Below are positions 50,455 to 62,809 of a stretch of DNA of 64,000 bases, piece after piece (the first letter of the stretch is position 1; each line of letters begins with the position of its first letter). A program made the position numbers and the translations under genes. Where the stretch lies: contig NC_068987.1 in assembly GCF_001194135.2 (NCBI RefSeq), positions 90,235,573 through 90,299,572 of the forward strand, read 5' to 3'. This DNA comes from Octopus bimaculoides (taxonomy: Eukaryota). Below the pieces are notes generated by a model. The model ran no database searches. It was not told the DNA's origin and saw only the letters and a list, made by a program, of their open reading frames with translations.

Positions 50455-51022
50455 ATATACTGGGGCACTGCCTTGGAGAATTTTAGCCAAATGAATCAAC
50501 CCTAGCATCTTTTCTTTTTAACCCTTTTGTTACCGGATTTATTTTGAGATGCTCTGTGTTTCTTTCAATCAATTTTAAATATAACAAAGAATTTAGCAAA
50601 ATAACTTTGTTATCATTAAACTAGTGTTAGGAACATAAATTGTGACTAAGGTTTGGTGGAAGATTTTAATTCAGAACTTATGAAAACAAGACATTTGTAC
50701 TACAGAGCCAGAGCCAGTTTCAGCCAGGCTGGTATCAAAAAGGATTAAATTAATCATTTGTTAAGCTTAGCGCTTATTCTATCAGTTTCTTTTGCCAAAC
50801 CACTAAGTTACGAGCACATAACCAAATCAATAATCAGTTGTCAAGCAGTAGTTAAGGGGACACACACACACAATATAGACAGGCTTCTTGCAAATCCACT
50901 CACAAGGCTTTGGGCAGCTTGGGGTTATAAGAAGACACTTGCCCAAGGTGTCAAGCAGTGGGACAGAACCCCAAATGATGTGGTTGGAAAGCAAACTTCT
51001 TACCACACAGTCACATCTGCAC
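50455..51022 (-). mobile_element. diverged SINE family A interrupted by a MITE
   Basis: tail at 50455-50517, body and head at 50760-51022. Confidence 0.75.
50522..50744. mobile_element. piggyBac-type MITE nested in a SINE
   Basis: TTAA|CCCTTTTG...AAAAAGGA|TTAA; reverse-complement homolog of 22889-23110. Confidence 0.85.
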
Positions 51023-51134
51023 CTAAATACAAGGAACATGGTGTTGGCTGAGTATACCTCCTGAGTTTAGAGAGATCATTTTAGGTATTTTAGGGGCACA
51101 ACATTTCACAAAGATTGTCTAGTCAGTTTTGGAT

Positions 51135-51350
51135 TGAAAACTTATGCTGAAACTACCAAGGAATCTAATGGTAGAAGTGGTGGACCAAAGAAGACATCTG
51201 AAGAAGTGGAGAAGGTTGAGATTAAGAGATCAGCTGAGCCGAAGAAGACCCATTTAACTCCTACAAGCATGGAAGGGCAGGCATGAAATTGGTGATAATA
51301 GCGGTGGTAGTTGTGGCAGTGGTGGTGTGACAATGATGATGGTGGTGGTG
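51135..51350 (+). pseudogene. decayed RTE ORF end and tail
   Basis: GRSGGPKKTSEEVEK parallels GRGKPRKTWDEVVK of the LINE at about 53250; followed by CAAGCATGGAA and (GAT/GGT)n. Confidence 0.5.
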
Positions 51351-51539
51351 ATGGTGACAACATAGTCTCAAACATTAACACCTGCATAAACAGTCACAAA
51401 GCTAGACATTTATGAAACATAGAGGTTCATAAGCTCAGGGTGGATACTCCAAGAAAGAACTGATGGTGATGAGTCACCCGACTCAAACCAGCACAGAAAA
51501 CAGACATAAAAACTACGATACCAATGCTGACGACTGTAT

Positions 51540-51893
51540 ATATGCACCCACACACATGCACACACAAATGCATGCTTGCACCCACACATACAAACACACA
51601 CATGTACTACCCACAAACACACACACAGATGCTTGCACACACAAACATACACATTCTTGCACACACACACACACAAACATACACATTCTTGCACACACAC
51701 ACACAAACATACACACACACAAACGTGCACACACAAATATGCACACACATACACACAAACATGCATGTACCAACACACAAACATGCTTGTATCCCCGCAC
51801 ACATGCACCCACACACACCCACAACTACAAACACACATGCACAACCACAACTACAAATACACACATGCACCTATATACACACACACACACACA
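51540..51893. repeat. degenerate CA-rich block
   Basis: direct reading; source of H/T-rich ORFs. Confidence 0.9.
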
Positions 51894-52789
51894 CCCAGTG
51901 TATGTACTAAAACTAAAAATCCACTCCAGTGGTTTACGTGCAAGCAGATTAAATTACAATTAAAAACAAAAACAAAAAAATCAATCAAATTCAGAAACTA
52001 AAGCCAAAATGCTTCATTTGTAGAACATTAACTCTTACAGCAAACCAATAATAACAACTCGGCAGGAAGGAATGTCTTTTAGCAAAGTGCTTAGATCGTC
52101 CGGACACAGAATGAGTTGTAAAATCCCAGCAACAAGAAGCATAAATAAATTGGCCACCAAATATTTATTACTAAAGCTATAAAGCAACAGAAACTAACAT
52201 TTCAACCAAATATCAACAATTTATTTTTGAAAGCAATTAAATTGTAAACTGCAAACAGGAAATTCTGACAAGCAATGTGTCCTGATATGTAAATGGCCAG
52301 TATATATGAAGTTATAATAACTTGTGTCATGTTTGGAAATCATTATAAAGAATTAGTGACTAACGAAGAACTAAAGAGAGAAAATAATATTTAAGGAATG
52401 CATGTCAATAAAGATCATCAATTTTATGGTGAAACAAGAAAATAAACAAATAAATCAAATGAAGTATAAAACTAAAAGGGAAATAGTTCTTTGTTTTTTT
52501 TTTTTTAGAAAAAACTAATCCACTTCATTTGTCATAATTAAATCTTGTACTTAATAAATATAGTAAATAAAATATGCAAAAACTGGTGTTTGCTCATCAA
52601 TCAAAGTGAACTGATGCTTTGGGATAAAAGAGATTTCTTTAAAAAGACTGAAGACAAAATGTTTCTTTGTGAAATTATAGAATTCATATATTGACAATGG
52701 AATGGGTGGGAGGCAGAGAAAGAAGACCAAGGAAGAACACAAGAGAAGTGTTGAGGCTAGATCTCAGGGAATTTGGGTTTCAGAGATCA

Positions 52790-54344
52790 TCATCATCATC
52801 ATCATCACCATCGTCGCTGGCATAGGTTGGATGGTTTGATTGAGAACTGGCAAGTCAGGAGGCTGCACCAGGCTCTAATCTGATTTGCAAGATTTCTACA
52901 GCTGGATGCCCTTCCTGATGCCAACCACTCCGAGAGTGTAGTGAGTGCTTTTACATGCCACCAGCATGTGAGCCACTCAGGTGGCACTGGTATTGGACAC
53001 GCTTGAATAGTGCTTTTTATGTGCCATTGGCACAGGTGCCAGTCAGGCAATACTAGCATCAGCCACACTCGAATGGTGCTTTTTACATGCCACCAGCACA
53101 GGTGCCAGTTAGGTAGCACAGGTGCCAGTTAGGTGGCACAGGCACCGGCTACAACTACGATTTCACTTGGTTCAACAGGTCTTCACAAGCACAGCATATC
53201 TCCAAAGGTCTCTGTGAGGCCCAACGTTTAAAGGTCATGCTTCACTACCTCATCCCATGTCTTTCTGGGTTTACCTCTTCCACAGCTTCCCTCCACTGTT
53301 AAGGTGTGACACTTCTTCACATAGCTGTCCTCATCCAGACACATCACATGACCATACCAGTGCAGTCATCTCTCTTGCACACCACATCTGATGCTTCTTA
53401 TGTCTAACTTTTTTCTCAAGGCGCGAACACTCTGTTGTGTATGCACACTGAACTTACACATTCAGTGGCGCATACAAGCTTTGTCTCTTTCAAACCTACG
53501 CATGTCTTCAGCAGTCACAGCCATGTTTCACTGCTGTATACCTTTTACTCTGAGCGAGAAGCCCCTTGCTACCAGCAGAGGTAGGAGCTTTCTGAACTTT
53601 GCCCAGGCTATTCTTATTCTAGTAGCTACACTCTCAGAGCATCCATCCCTGCTACTGACTTGGTCACTTAGATAACAGAAGCCATCATTTACTTCTAGTT
53701 TTCCCCCCTAGCATATGATGGAATCTGTTTTCTGTACATTTTCAGTGTTTATTGTACCTGTGTATCTTCCACACACAAAAACTATCTTCCCAGTTAACCT
53801 TCCTTTGATATTGCTGCACCTTTTATGTGTCCACAGCTTGCATCGGATAAATTTTATCAAGTTTCTACCTACACCTTTTCTACAGATCGAGCAGGACCAT
53901 CTAGCTGAAGGGATTTGTGATTTGCCCACCTTCTTACTAAGACTGGTTTTTGCTAGGTTAACTCTAAGGCCCTTCAATTCTAGACCTTACTTTCACACCT
54001 GAAACTTCATCTCTAGTTCTGGTAGTGACTCAGCTTTTAGAGGAAGGTCATCAGTATAGAGGAGCACCCAAGGGTATCCTGTCTTGAATCCTTGTTATTG
54101 CCTGGAGGACTATAATGAATAGGAGGGGGCTGAGGACTGATCCTTGGTGAACCCCTACGTCTACCCAGAACTCTTTGCTATACTCGTTGCCAACCCTCAC
54201 CTTACTGACAGCATCCCTGTACATGGCTTGTACAGCTCTCATCAACTACTCACCTTTCCCTAGTTTCCACATTGACCACCAGATCGGAGGACCCTGTCGA
54301 AGGGTTTTTCCATGTCAACAAAAGCCAAGTACAGAGGTTTATCT
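52790..54344 (-). mobile_element. 5'-truncated, frameshifted RTE-type LINE (RT domains, PHD-like finger, C-terminus, 3'UTR, (ATG)n tail)
   Basis: DKPLYLAFVDMEKPFDRV; VGVHQGSVLSPLLF; LLYTDDL (YADD-like); GLRVNLAKT; RIRIAWAKFRKL; WYGHV; GRGKPRKTWDEVV; multiple stops and frameshifts. Confidence 0.93.
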
Positions 54345-54586
54345 GGGATGAGAGATGAAATGACTTAGCATCAAGGGCGTGGCAATTCACTAGATCTGTT
54401 CAATAGATGGAATGATGACAATGCTACTGATGATGACGACAATTTATATCATCATCATCAACATGATACAAATGTTGACATTTGGAAAGGTTGCTATATT
54501 GTTAGTGTCTATTTTTGCTTGACACTGGTTTATAGGCAAATTTTTGGCCCATGAGTATATCTGTCACCAATATATATGTATATATA

Positions 54587-54914
54587 CAGGGTGTCGCAAA
54601 AATCACTGATGTGTTTCAATTTTTAATAACTTCCTTAACTTCACAAATAAATGCATGAAATTTTGATACAATAGAAAGGACATAATGGAAATTAATAGGC
54701 ACAAGTCAAACTTTGCAACACCACTACATCACAAATGAAAAATGACATTGCTTAAATGGCAGCCATTTTCAGCTTCTCACGCCCGTGCCCTTTCCAAAAC
54801 TTGCACCATAACACCCTCAAGAGTTTCAGACCCCACTTCTCTGATTTCTCTATTGATTTTCTCCTTTGGTTGCACCAGGGTCTCCGGTTTGTTGACGTAA
54901 ACTCTCTCTTTCAG
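54587..54914 (-). mobile_element. Tc1/mariner transposon 3' end with transposase C-terminal remnant
   Basis: TA|CAGGGTGTC terminus at 54585-54595; 54914-54729 reads LKERVYVNKPETLVQPKEKINREIREV...LERARA*EAENGCHL. Confidence 0.8.
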
Positions 54915-54934
54915 CTCCCCGCCACTTGCTCCTT

Positions 54935-55078
54935 TCAGTTTCAGTCAAACAATTCCACTTGCAAGACTTGAAGCCATAAACAACAATTGCCCAATGTGTC
55001 ACTCAGTGAGACTGAACCCGGAACCAGGTGGCTGGGAAGCAAACTGCTTCCTACCACACAGTCCACACCTGTGCCTAT
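54935..55078 (-). mobile_element. SINE family A head
   Basis: GAGACTGAACCCGGAACC..CCACACAG..TGTGCCTAT. Confidence 0.75.
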
Positions 55079-55104
55079 ACACACACACACACACATATTA
55101 TTAT

Positions 55105-55522
55105 ATTGTGCTTGAGAAGACCTGTCAAGCCAAGTGAAATCGTAGTTGTGACTGATGGCGGTATCACATAACTGGCACGTAAAAAGCACCTTTCAAGCGC
55201 TGGGCCTCATGGAGGCAAGTGTTGGGCTTAATGGAAGCAACGACTGAGACCTTTGGCATTATGTCATGCTTGAGAAGACCCATCAAGCCAAGTAAAATCA
55301 TAGTTGTGACAAATACCGGTGTCATGCAAATATGGCACCTGTGCCAGTGGCATGTAAAAGCACCCACTACACTTTTGGAGTGGTTGGTGTTAGGAAGGGC
55401 ATCCAGCCATAGAAACCATGCCAAGTCAGACTGGAGTCTGGGGCAGCCTTCCAGCTTGCCAGTTCTGGTCAAACCGTCCAACCCATGCCAGCATGGACAA
55501 CAGACGCTAAATCATGATGATG
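55105..55522 (+). mobile_element. duplicated RTE 3'UTR fragments with tail
   Basis: TGCTTGAGAAGACC.TCAAGCCAAGT.AAATC.TAGTTGTGAC occurs twice (55108, 55267); ends CCCATGCCAGCATGGAC..ATGATGATGAT. Confidence 0.85.
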
Positions 55523-56499
55523 ATATATATATAGGAAACCATTTTATTTATAACTGAGCAGCCACATCAGTGACTGAAGGACCTAGAGTTTCATACCAGA
55601 GCACTTACCAAACTGAAAGAGTCACTTATGTAGTTTCTCAGCTATAAATAATACAAATACTTCAGTTAATGTCAGAAGTTCTAGTTCCCGTGTTTATATA
55701 ACCTATCGTACATGTATAATATGTGTGCACGAGAGTGTGTGCGTGTTTGTATGTAATGTAATTTTACGATAGTAAATTGTTTTAGATTATTTTGCTGTTT
55801 TTTGTGTAAAAGTTATTTATGCAATGTAACATTTCAGTCCTTTATCAAATGAAAGAAACATTATTTTCTCTTAGATCAGTGAAGAAACTAATAATTTCTC
55901 AAGTGTCTGAGTTAATAAAAACAATAAGATATAATGAACACTACAAAGACCACTGGAGCGAAGAGATGTAATCAACGGCCAACATTTTGAAATGTCAACA
56001 AAATTTTAAAATCTATACTCCTACATAAATAACTATATTTAGCAATTTGCAGAATATCAAATTTAATTGGCCCAAGAGAAAGATTGAATTTATTTGAATG
56101 TATAGTTTAGCAGCAAAGTATTGGTAAAACTAAACCAAATAGCTCTTTGATAATCTGCTTAGTCTGTTACTAAAACTGATTTAGCAGCACAACGTTCTAC
56201 GTTAAACAAATGCAGCATACAATTCTATTTAATGGCAATGCTTCAAATTTAAAACTCAAAGCATTGATTTGTAGGCGAATCTCTTCAGAGACTCTTTAAA
56301 GACAATTAAGATTGCTTTATTTTCAAAGAAAAATTATGATATAAATCCTATTTCTGTGATTGGTTTTGTTTTTTGGTTTGGTTTTTGTGGCAACAAAATC
56401 TAGGATTTCATTAAATAGCAGGCATGTCCACCAATAGACTATAAATGGAGTTCTTTGAAATTAAGCAACCAAAATTAGTGTGTGTGTATGTGAGATTAA

Positions 56500-56815
56500 G
56501 AGAGGAAGAGAGAGAGAGGGGGAGGAAGAGAGAGAGAAGAAGAGGAAAAAGAGAGAAGAGGAAAAGAGAGAGAGGAAGAGAAAGAGAGGGAGAGAAAGAG
56601 AGGGAGAGAAAGAGAGGTATAGAAAGAGAGAGAGAGGAAGAGAAGGAGAGGAAGAGGAAAAGAGAGGGGAGGAAGAGGAAAAGAGAGGGTGAGGAAGAGG
56701 GGAAGAGGAGAGGGTGAGGAAGAGGGGAAGAGGAGAGGGAGGGAGAGGAAGAGGGCGAGGAAGAGAGAGAGGGAGGGAGAGGAAGAGGGCGAGGAAGAGA
56801 GAGAGGGAGTGAGAG
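56500..56815. repeat. near-pure polypurine (GA/GGAAGA) tract
   Basis: direct reading. Confidence 0.95.
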
Positions 56816-57198
56816 AGCAAGTGTGTTAATATAAATGGTAGCAATCTAATATTTCAATAAATCTGAAAGTAGTCGAAGATATTAAAATTTAATCTAATTA
56901 ATAACAAAGGAAAGATTTAATTTCTAACATCGTAACACACAACAATCGTTCAATTTTAATGGAGCTAAGAGAGAAAATTGGAAAATTTAGAAAGAAAAAA
57001 ATAAAAAAAAACAAACAATTTCCATCTGTATCTAGAAAACAAGAGTTCTGTAGAATAGCAGAATGTTTTGTGATATTTAACAGAAGAATATTTACAAAAA
57101 GAAAGGATAAATTATGAAAAAAAAAAATTTTTTTTAAATATGTTAGAAATCAACAAAGTATTTTAAACATTATGTAACACTAGGATAGAAAGTATTGC

Positions 57199-57231
<33 letters not shown>

Positions 57232-57472
57232 TCTTTGCCTGTCCAAAGCAGTTTTATAAGTTTATCCTAAATGTCCATGCTTGTCCTCAGACATTTATTT
57301 CTTGTTTCATATGTTCTGAGTCGTATAAATCCCAAGTTAGTCTGACGGTTGGAAAAAATTGGGAATACGTATCACATATGATGCAGGAATGTTGTGGAAA
57401 TATGTGTTGAGTATCACGTGATACAGAGGACAGGCAAAGAGTTAAGGAAACACTGAAAACTATCCACATGTG

Positions 57473-57850
57473 TTGGCACTCGGTCACTTACGACCTCGAG
57501 GGTTCCAGTTGATCCGATTAACTGAACAGCCTGTTCGTGAAATTAACATGCAAGTGGCTGAGCACTCCACAGACACATGTACCCTTAACGTAGTTCTTGG
57601 GGATATTCAGCGTGACACAGTGTGACAAGGCTGACCCTTTGAATTACAGGTACAACAGAAACAGGAAGTAAGAGTGAGTGAAAGTTGTGGTGAAAGAGTA
57701 CAGCGGGGTTCGCCACCATCCCCTGCCGGAGCCTCGTGGAGCTTTAGGTGTTTTCGCTCAATAAACACACACAACACCCGGATTGGGAATTGAAACTGCG
57801 ATCCTATGACCGCGAGTCCGCTGCCCTAACCACTGGGCCATTGCGCCTCC
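57473..57850 (-). mobile_element. tRNA-derived SINE family D
   Basis: GGCGCAATGGCCCAGTGGTTAGGGCAGCGGACTCGCGG head; colinear with 28148-28530. Confidence 0.88.
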
Positions 57851-60800
57851 ACATGTAATGAATTGTTATCAACAGATTATTGTCCTCTTCTGACCCATGA
57901 GAGGATCTAAAAGTTAGCAAAGTTAATCTTTTCACAATCAAGTTATATGTAAGTATTATAGGTGTCATAGGAGATTAACCAATTTGATGAGGAAAGTTTC
58001 AGCCTCTGCTATTCTATGTTTCTGGCAAAACCTCTAGAAGTAAAAAAAAAAAAAAAAAAAATACCAACTAGTTTTCACTCCAAGTCAGGAGAGCTCTATT
58101 TTGTCTATGGAAAATTTCCAAACATATGAACTTCCCTAGCAGACAATTAATACAAGGGAGATAATCATTTCTTCATAATATTTGGCAGGATTAAAAGTTT
58201 GAAATTGAAATTAACAAGATACATAGAATATACATTTCTTTTTTTTTTTTTTTTNNNNNNNNNNNNNNNNNNNNNNNNNNNNNNNNNNNNNNNNNNNNNN
58301 NNNNAAAAAAAAAAAAAAAAAAAATCACAAATGCCCAAACTTCCAGTTTCCCATTCCTTATTACTGAAATAAATAAAAGAATCATATTGAAGAAATCTTA
58401 ATCAACATTCTTACCCTAATCCTGAAGGTATTAAGGCTGCTGCATTAAAAACCAATGTAAGGTTTTACAGAGTGAGTCAGTAATTCAGCTTATTGTAAAG
58501 CCACTTTAGCTGAAGCTGTGCCAAGAGAAATTTGACTTAAGAGAAAAATAATCAGACTACTTTTGTTGTTAGTTTTGGTCTTAACTCCTTAGTGAAAAGG
58601 CATTAACAATTACAGCATCTAAATGGCTGATAATAAATGGAATTCAGTAACTCGTTAAGAAATTCTCATAATGAAGATATTTAATTTAATGCAGATTTCA
58701 AGTTGTTTAATACACAGTGTTTTACAAAGAGGAAGATAAAAGTTCTCTTTGAATATAGAAATAATTAAATCAATACTTTTACATGGTTAACTGTAGTCTT
58801 TAAATATTAATTCGCTTTCGGTTGCTATTTAGCCCCAGGTCAGCCTGGATTGGGGGCGGGGGAAACTTTAATCAAAAGGCACTCAAGCTAGGATTATTAA
58901 CTTGTCTTTTCAACCAGTTTACAGTTCATCCCGGACTACAATATCTGATGTTCTCTTTTCTTAAAGATGTTGGAGTAGCAAAGAGCAATGTATTGCAGCA
59001 TTTAGCTTGGTTTTTCAAGTTTTTGAGAGTACCAGTAAGATAATGGGGGTTATTTCATTTGCTTAAATGCCTTAATTTAAAGCAATCAATATAACAAAAC
59101 CATCAGGCCTTGTGCCTAGAGAAGAAAAGAACATAACGAAACCGTATTTCAAAAGGAAAAAAAAAAAAAGAAAAAGACAATTAGTTCTATATTAGACATG
59201 GTTGTGTGATGAAGAAGATCACTTAGCAAACATGTAATTCCAGGTGTTTGATTCCACTATGCAGTGCTCTGGGTAAATGTCTGTTTTCTCCAAGAGTCTC
59301 AGTTTGATCAATATCTTGGGAGTGGAACATAGATTGAAGCTAACCAGAACCTGCCATATATAGATGTGTGAGTGCGTGTGTGCCTATATTTAGATGTTTA
59401 TAGTCTAAAAAGCAGTGTTGCAGCCAGATTGCCCTCAAATCTCACCCAATAGGGTTAAAACACACACACACAAACATTGAATAATGCATTGAGATATGCT
59501 ATACCAGAAAAAAAAAGTGGGGGGAGAGATGGTCATGAGCAGAACATCTTTGATCAAAGATTGGCTCAATTAAGATTACTGACTTGGTGCTAAACAACAA
59601 CATACCAACAACTTGTCTAAAACACACACCAAAAGTTCTATTTGGATATGAGTGTGTGGTAGAAGTACCAAAGTACCAGCTGGTAATTAACAAGATATAT
59701 TACGATAGAAGGAATCATAAAAATAACAAAATATTTTTGTAGAGCAAGGCTAAAAGTGTTTGCACCTTGTATACATTTCCTGTAAAATACATTTGTGTTA
59801 TGATTCTTCAGGGAACTGATAAGTGTAGGAAGGTTTATTTTCTTTCTTTTTCTTTTTTTAGGGAATTCAAGTTTAAAACAGAAGAGAACTCAGTCACCCC
59901 AATCAGAAGCCACACATTTTGGATGTGGAACAGGTAAACTTGAAACCATTGACACTTACATGTGTTGTTCTTTCAAAGTAAGAACTACTTAATACTGTAC
60001 ATAGATTCCAGCTGTCATGGAATGGTAAAACCATAAGAGAATTAAGAGAAGGAAGAAAGGAAAATGAAATAGGAGACAGAATGGTAAGAGAAGGTCAGAA
60101 ATAGGATAGAAGATAGGGTGCAGATCTTAGATGTTGCCAGGTTAACCTTCAGTTAATATTTCAACTAAATAAAAAAGGGAGAAACTATAGTTTCAAGATG
60201 GTTGTGATTCTAAAATTCTATCCTGCCTTTTAGCATTTATTTCTAACACATATACAAGGCCTCAGATTTCAAGGGGTGGATGTAGTTGATTATACAGACC
60301 CCCAAGTAATGACTGGTATTTTATTTTGCTGACCACCAGTCCTTGTTGCAATGTGATAGATTATTTGCCTCAATGACTGAGAGCGATGCCAATGGCGTGA
60401 AAACTCCCAGCAGAGCCTCTTGTGCTGGACAAGTCAAAGAACAGAAGCCAGACTAATATGCACTGCTTGTTTTCAAGAATAAAAATTAGGTTCCAACTAG
60501 AACAAAAACAAACTTACAGAAATATTGATGACGATTCAAAACCAATAAGACTTGGGGTAAACATACAAATCTACAAGTGGGGACACCTTAAAAGCTGGAA
60601 ATGGATCCAACTGGAGAAGAAGCAGAGAAAATGGCCCAGAGTTGAGGACAGTGAAGGCCAGTTGTTGATGGTTGATGCAAAGAGCTGAAGTAATCTTATT
60701 TTATCAACCCTGGGAAAATGAAAGTTAAAGTTTTGACTTCAGCAGGGTTTCAATTCAGAATTCAAAGAACTATGCAGTGTTCCACCAATTTTGCCAGATT

Positions 60801-62062
60801 CCATAATAACAGTAATTGGTGTCAGCAGGCAATTAATAAATATAGAATAAAATGACTATGATGAAGTAGAGGTAGAGTTAAGGCCCTTGCAGCACAACGT
60901 TAGTAATAAGGTCTGAATTATAACCTTATGGTCACAGCATCTGAACATCACAATACATACATGTTTACATTATAACAACAGATTCATTCATTCACAAAGA
61001 CAAAACAACACACACACACACACACACACACACACTTTAAAGGAGTATTTGTGCCTGAAATTACAACAAAAGCTCGAATTGGTGACCTTTGACATCCATT
61101 TTTGATTCCATTAACTTTGAACCATTCTTAGAGTTCCTGTACTGATCCTACCACAAATAGATAGGATTACTTCCTTTAATCTATTGAGAGTTTTGAATCA
61201 ATTTCTGTTGACGACTAATTTTCCACGGGAAGGAGAAAGAGAAAAAGAAACAAAAAAAAGACCAATCAGATTTCAGAGACTTAAGAGACTATTCAACTGC
61301 AACTGGGATCCTGTTCTACCTTCCAAGAAATGTGACATGTAGTTTGGGGTTTGGTAAGTCTTAGTAGAATAAGTTATTGGGTGGCTGCCTCATTTCATGG
61401 CCAAAACAATCGTTTTTCCTCCCAATTAATTCAGTAATGTCTAGTGAAGAGCTGTGTGTGTAGGTGTATGCATGCCTCCAGCACCAAAAAAGTGCTGTCG
61501 TCAAAACATACTGAATGTCCAGTCAGCTGAGCCAAATCATCTCATTCCAGGGGAGGACAGAATTGTTGCATCAAACAATACCTTGTGATGTTTAGCTCTG
61601 TTTCAGTTCTCTTTCATTATATTTGGTTCTTATTTTATTCAACTGAGAAGCGGAATGAGGGCAAAGGCAGCCAAACTAGCAGCACTGGTAGTTTAATCAG
61701 TATAAACTAGTACCACAGAGGGTGATGGTACTATTTTGCAAATGCTGTAATTGTGGTAGCAGTAAGTGTGTGTCGCTTGTTATGAAAAGAGACTAGAAGA
61801 GCAGCTCTTGTGGTGAAGTATTTGGTTACTGGTAGTTATAAGAGATCAAATACTACTTAACAGGATCTAAAGTAATGTTGACTGGAACATTTGCAGGAAA
61901 TTGAAATGAAAAAAAAAAAATTATTTTCTTTTTAGTATTTTGGTGATTTTTAAAAGTGTTATGTAGAGCAGTGAAGACGAAATGAGTATAACATCTGAGG
62001 GTGGGGGAAGAGGTGAAGGAGGTAGATTGACAAAGTGACAAGTGTGAGAGGGAGGGGGATGG

Positions 62063-62109
<47 letters not shown>

Positions 62110-62466
62110 TACGCAGAATGGATATACAACAGAGTTATATACGATTAAAAAACAAAAAGAGCTAAGGGAAATAATTCAAATGATGCCAGTGGTATAATTT
62201 TGAATAAACAAGTTGAGGGGTGATATATTGAATGCTACAGGCAAAAAATTCTTAATCATAATGGTCTTTACTTTCCTCACACACACACTTATGGCTGTTT
62301 ACCCCCACCACATGAGATCCCCCCACCACCACCACCACAATCAAAGCAGGTTCACAAGAAACATCAAACATATAAGCACTTTCTCATTGATATCAGTTCC
62401 TGTAGACATATTCTGGTATTTCCTTCATTTAGTCAGAGAAAATACAAGGAGAAAAAAATGCACAGA

Positions 62467-62506
<40 letters not shown>

Positions 62507-62626
62507 ATACCTCTCTCCGTGTGTGTGTGTGAAAACATGTACTACACATATAAAAAGAAAAAGGACAAAAAGTATTCAATAAAAAGGCTAAAATTATAAT
62601 TATTGGAAGCTGAAAACTTTGTTCAC

Positions 62627-62809
62627 CATTTCTCTGAGTTTCTTGTTTCCAATCTTTGGACAGTTGTTTTGGAGAGAACCATTCCAACAGTAATGATAAA
62701 CTTATAAAGGAAAAGTTCAGAAAAATACACAAAATACTCGGATGTGATGTTAATCTTTGAAAAAAGAGATTGTAACCCATAGCCTTTTTTGGTTCTAATG
62801 AGGTAAACA
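62627..62809 (-). CDS. candidate 183-nt exon, frame ambiguous
   Basis: strong acceptor atttctcttccatccttttcaag, donor ATG/gtgaac; two frames open (FTSLEPKKAMGYNLFFQRL.. or VYLIRTKKGYGLQSLF..). Confidence 0.2.

Noticed and set aside
57770-57850. tRNA genes (also at 23540-23609, 28460-28525 and the family A/B heads)
   Set aside because: They have A/B boxes but no closed acceptor stem, and continue into SINE bodies.
58238-58324. Poly-T / gap / poly-A apparent inverted structure
   Set aside because: It spans 50 Ns, so it is most likely an assembly break at homopolymers.
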